A DNA stretch of 64,000 nucleotides from assembly GCA_044372565.1 (NCBI GenBank), contig JBILRP010000003.1, forward strand, positions 5,471 through 69,470, written 5' to 3'. This document shows, one piece after another, positions 60,599 to 64,000 of this stretch. The stretch comes from Bacilli bacterium. Its GTDB lineage: Bacteria; Bacillota_I; Bacilli_A; RFN20; CAG-826. Numbering within the stretch: position 1 is the stretch's first letter; each line of letters begins with the position of its first letter. Made by a program: the position numbers and the translations under genes. The notes below the pieces were generated by a model. That model was not told the DNA's origin, ran no database searches, and was given only the letters and a program-made list of their open reading frames with translations.

Positions 60599-61220
60599 GT
60601 CTTGGGCAAAACCATTAATTGCAGAACATCCTGAATATGTCTCCCCGGATACAATGCCAACCACAGCTCAAGGTGGATTTAAACGTCATGCGTTAGAAAT
60701 AGGTACGGGTAAAGGTGATTTCATTGTTGGCAAAAGTGAATTGTTTAAGGATACCTTTTTTTATGGTATCGAACGTGTCACCACGGTCATTGCTTTTGCT
60801 TTAAAAAAGGTACTTATTTCTAAACCTAGCAATGTCAAACTGATCCTCGGAGATTTTGCTAAAGCATCCTTTCAAATGCCAGATCATCTTTTTGACGAAA
60901 TATACTTAAATTTTTCCGACCCTTGGCCAAAGGTTCGCCATCATAAAAGAAGATTAACCGCCATTGGTAATTTAGAAAAAATTCATCGAATTTTAAAACC
61001 AAAAGGGATTATTTATTTAAAGACTGACAACTTGGAATTGTTTGAATTCTCCTTATTAAACCTTCAAAAAATGTCTTATACTATAAGAGCAATTCATCGA
61101 CCATATGTCGAGATTGATCAACATGATGTGATGACTGAATATGAAGCTTTTTTTAGACAGCAAGGCCAACCCATTTATCGATGTGTTGCCCAAAGGAGCG
61201 AAGATGTTAAATCCATTTGA
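60582..61220 (+). CDS. trmB: tRNA (guanine46-N7)-methyltransferase
   Basis: MRLKSKSWAKPLIAEHPEYV N-terminus; LEIGTGKGDFI SAM motif; FSDPWPK motif. Confidence 0.9.
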   Translation: MRLKSKSWAKPLIAEHPEYVSPDTMPTTAQGGFKRHALEIGTGKGDFIVGKSELFKDTFFYGIERVTTVIAFALKKVLISKPSNVKLILGDFAKASFQMPDHLFDEIYLNFSDPWPKVRHHKRRLTAIGNLEKIHRILKPKGIIYLKTDNLELFEFSLLNLQKMSYTIRAIHRPYVEIDQHDVMTEYEAFFRQQGQPIYRCVAQRSEDVKSI

Positions 61221-62292
61221 AACCAAATTGTTTAAGACCTTATCTGAGCTGAATGCCATTTCTGGTCAAGAGAATCAAGTTGCTTCATTTCTTTTGAATG
61301 CATATCAGCAAGCAGATTATCCTACCCTGACAGACCATTTAGGAAGTGTCTTTGCCGTCAAAAAAAGTGGATTACCCAATGCAAAAAAAGTGCTCATCCT
61401 TGGTCACATGGATGAAATTGGGTTTATGGTGAGTCATATTCAATCCAATGGGATGATTCAACTCATTGCCATTGGTGGCGTCAATCCGTTAACTTTAACC
61501 TCGCAAAGAATGCATCTAACCACCCGTCAAGGAAAAGTTTTTTTAGGGGCCGTGGATGCTACACCGCCTCATCTTCTCAAAGATACAAGCCAAGGCGTTC
61601 CTACCGTTGAAAGTGTCTTTGTTGATTTTGGATTTGAATCCAAAACCACGGCGGAAAAACATGGTGTCCGACCTGGAGATATGGTGACGTTTGCTGCACC
61701 TTTTGCAGTCCTTGAAGGTGGAAAAAGAATCTTAGGAAAAGCCTTTGATAATCGATATAGCTTGGTCATGGGCTTGAGCATTTTAAAAGCATTAAAAAAC
61801 AAAGCATTACCATACGACTTATATGTGGGTGCTTCCGTCCAAGAAGAAGTAGGGTTGCGCGGAGCGACGACAAGTTCAATGATGATTCAACCTGATTTGG
61901 CGATTGTGCTTGATTGTTCTCCAGCCAGAGATTCAAGTGGGGATAGCAAAGAACAAGGTCAACTTGGTGGTGGTTTATTACTTCGTTATATCGATGCTTC
62001 CATGATTGCTAGACCCACACTTTTAGCGTATCAAGAAACGATGGCAAAAAAAGCGAAAGTTCCTTTTCAATACTATTCCTCTCCTGGAGGAACCGATGCA
62101 GGTGCGGTTCATAAAAATCTCTCCGGCATCATGACCCTGACTCATTGCATTGTTGCCCGCAGCATTCATTCCCCGAGCACCATTCTAGATACAAGCGATT
62201 TTTTAAGCAGTAAAAAAACATTATTAAAAATCCTTAATCATCTTGATCAAGATGTCATTGAACGTTTAGCCAAGGTAGATCATCATGGTTAA
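61204..62292 (+). CDS. M42-family aminopeptidase (glutamyl aminopeptidase/endoglucanase-like)
   Basis: LGHMDEIGFMV and other metal-ligand motifs of M42; AAAGGAG RBS before the ATG at 61204 (the longer ORF from 61141 overlaps trmB and is rejected). Confidence 0.8.
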   Translation: MLNPFETKLFKTLSELNAISGQENQVASFLLNAYQQADYPTLTDHLGSVFAVKKSGLPNAKKVLILGHMDEIGFMVSHIQSNGMIQLIAIGGVNPLTLTSQRMHLTTRQGKVFLGAVDATPPHLLKDTSQGVPTVESVFVDFGFESKTTAEKHGVRPGDMVTFAAPFAVLEGGKRILGKAFDNRYSLVMGLSILKALKNKALPYDLYVGASVQEEVGLRGATTSSMMIQPDLAIVLDCSPARDSSGDSKEQGQLGGGLLLRYIDASMIARPTLLAYQETMAKKAKVPFQYYSSPGGTDAGAVHKNLSGIMTLTHCIVARSIHSPSTILDTSDFLSSKKTLLKILNHLDQDVIERLAKVDHHG

Positions 62293-62884
62293 TTATGTTT
62301 ATCAACCCTCGACGATGGGGGACATGTTAGCCATTTATCTAGAACAAACCCTGCCAGCAACTCGCCACAGCAAAAAGGACAACGTTGTTTTTATTTATCA
62401 TCACGATCAACTCATTGGTGTGAATATCTTTCAACCCAAGACACTCATCAAAGATTTAGAACAGGGCATTATTCGTCGGATGAAACCTTCTTCGATTGAG
62501 GTCTTCAATCATCGATTTCAGCAACTAGGCATGAAGGTTGATTTACCTTTGTTTCAATCTGGGTTCGTTGTCGCTGAAGTTCAACAAGTTGAACCTCACC
62601 CTGATGCGGATGCCTTGTTTGTTTGCCAAGTGAACATCGGTGCCAAGGTCGTTCAAATTGTCACCAATTCACAAAAAGTAAAACCAAGTCATCGCCTGGT
62701 GGTTGCTTTACCAGGAGCGATGTTACTCGATGGCCAAGTTTTACATGAAGGCATGATGCTCAAAGTGCTTTCTCAAGGGATGTTTTGTTCGGAAAAAATA
62801 TTGGGCATCACCCCAGAAACGCAAGTAGGGGTATATCTATTGGATCCTCAACGTCCAATAGGAAAGGACTTTTATGGTTCCTGA
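62285..62884 (+). CDS. YtpR-like tRNA-binding-domain protein
   Basis: C-terminal VVAEVQQVEPHPDADALFVCQVNIG matches the Myf/EMAP-type tRNA-binding domain; 199 aa. Confidence 0.7.
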   Translation: MVNYVYQPSTMGDMLAIYLEQTLPATRHSKKDNVVFIYHHDQLIGVNIFQPKTLIKDLEQGIIRRMKPSSIEVFNHRFQQLGMKVDLPLFQSGFVVAEVQQVEPHPDADALFVCQVNIGAKVVQIVTNSQKVKPSHRLVVALPGAMLLDGQVLHEGMMLKVLSQGMFCSEKILGITPETQVGVYLLDPQRPIGKDFYGS

Positions 62885-63971
62885 AATTCAATTAAAAAAA
62901 CAAGGTAAAATCACGAGATTAACCAATCAAACCTTTCAATTTCCTGATGCGATTAGGACTGGTTTTTATACCGCCAATTACTTTTTAAAAACCCGATCGA
63001 TCATTGAACGGTTTATGCCAAAACAAATAGTCACCATGCAATTTTTTCAATGGCAACATTCCTTGGTTGTCTGTGGCGTGGACGAAGCGGTTGCCTTGCT
63101 ACACACCTTTGGAAAAAACCCAGAAAAGCTTTTGATTGAAGCTGTCCATGACGGCGATCTTGTGAATGCAAAAGAACCTGTTTTACGAGTGACAGGCGCT
63201 TATGAAGACTTTGGCTTTTTGGAGTCTACCATTGACGGAATTCTTTCAAGACGCTCATCGGTTGCCACCAATACCAAAGAAGTCTTAGTTGCAGCCAACG
63301 GTAAACCCGTCTTTTCGATGGCGGACCGACAAGATGATTACCATACCCAAAGTGGAGATGGTTACGCCAGTTACATCATGGGCATTGATAAAGTAAGCAC
63401 CGATGCTCAAGCTGCGTGGTGGGGTGGTAAAGGCATGGGGACGATGCCACATGCGTTGATTCAAATGTGCCAAGGTGACATCGTCAAGGCTTGTGAGTTT
63501 TATGGTCAACAATTTCCCGAAGAAAAAATCACCGCCCTTGTGGATTATCGTAATGATGTGATCATGGATAGTTTAAAGGTTGCCAGAAGGTTTAAAGAAC
63601 GTTTAAAAGCTGTAAGAGTGGATACTTCTCAAAGTTTAATCGATGAACACTTTGTTCGTCATCCTTTAGCCCAAGGTGATCCACATGGGGTGAATCCTTG
63701 GCTGATTCACGCCTTACGGCAAGCCCTTGATCAAGAAGGGTTTACGCATGTTCAAATTATTGTTTCATCAGGATTTAATCCAGAAAAAATCAAATGGTTT
63801 GAAAAAGAAAAAGCACCGGTTAACTTATATGGCGTAGGTTTATTCCTTATCACGATTCGCACTAATTTTACCGGCGACTTGGTGATGCTCAACGGTCAAC
63901 CTCAAGCAAAAGTGGGACGATTTTTGTTACCTTCAGACCAACTACAACGCGTCATCTATCCTCTTCGTTAA
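62874..63971 (+). CDS. nicotinate (or nicotinamide) phosphoribosyltransferase-family protein, short archaeal-type
   Basis: 365 aa; central GMGTMPHALIQ and DGDL motifs consistent with type II PRTases of the NAPRTase family. Confidence 0.6.
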   Translation: MVPEIQLKKQGKITRLTNQTFQFPDAIRTGFYTANYFLKTRSIIERFMPKQIVTMQFFQWQHSLVVCGVDEAVALLHTFGKNPEKLLIEAVHDGDLVNAKEPVLRVTGAYEDFGFLESTIDGILSRRSSVATNTKEVLVAANGKPVFSMADRQDDYHTQSGDGYASYIMGIDKVSTDAQAAWWGGKGMGTMPHALIQMCQGDIVKACEFYGQQFPEEKITALVDYRNDVIMDSLKVARRFKERLKAVRVDTSQSLIDEHFVRHPLAQGDPHGVNPWLIHALRQALDQEGFTHVQIIVSSGFNPEKIKWFEKEKAPVNLYGVGLFLITIRTNFTGDLVMLNGQPQAKVGRFLLPSDQLQRVIYPLR

Positions 63972-64000
63972 ATGTAAATATTTTCATTTAGAGTTTGAGA

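Overview
Contiguous chromosomal segment, about 36-37% GC, from a low-GC Firmicutes/Erysipelotrichia- or Acholeplasma-like bacterium. TGA acts as a stop codon, so the code is standard (table 11), not the Mycoplasma code. Gene order matches Bacillus-type core neighbourhoods: yjbK-nadK, ylbF-rsmD-coaD, and priA-(sun-like)-rlmN-prpC-prkC-rsgA-rpe. The window is densely packed with housekeeping genes: metK (3' end), hpf, trpS, spx, nadK, rnj, def, rsmD, coaD, proS, eno, rdgB, trxA, ppa, trmL, gmk, priA, rlmN, prpC/prkC, rsgA, rpe, rpmB, a T-box-controlled leuS, coaX, trmB, and M20/M24/M42 peptidases. There are four tRNA genes: three dispersed tRNA-Ser isoacceptors (GGA, CGA, GCT) and tRNA-Gly(TCC). 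I found no CRISPR array, transposase, integrase or phage genes. The most unusual feature is a 7.2-kb gene (31640-38857) for a 2405-aa protein. It has a CvpA-like five-helix membrane anchor and a huge acidic, cysteine-free body. The body carries about four tandem 214-aa (642-nt) repeats, two of them nearly identical at the DNA level. An Mrp/ApbC ATPase gene follows immediately, and TraX-like and CPBP-protease genes lie divergently upstream. Other candidates for follow-up: a membrane protein with a degenerate EAL domain overlapping proS; a tRNA-Ser-adjacent operon of an unknown 375-aa protein, a PlsC-type acyltransferase with a zinc ribbon, and a GltS-like symporter; an HxxxDG (condensation-fold) acyltransferase paired with a zinc-ribbon polytopic membrane protein; a catalytically degenerate RsmB/Sun paralog; and a PrkC kinase without TM or PASTA domains. 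All calls rest on motifs and similarity recognised by eye. No database searches were run.
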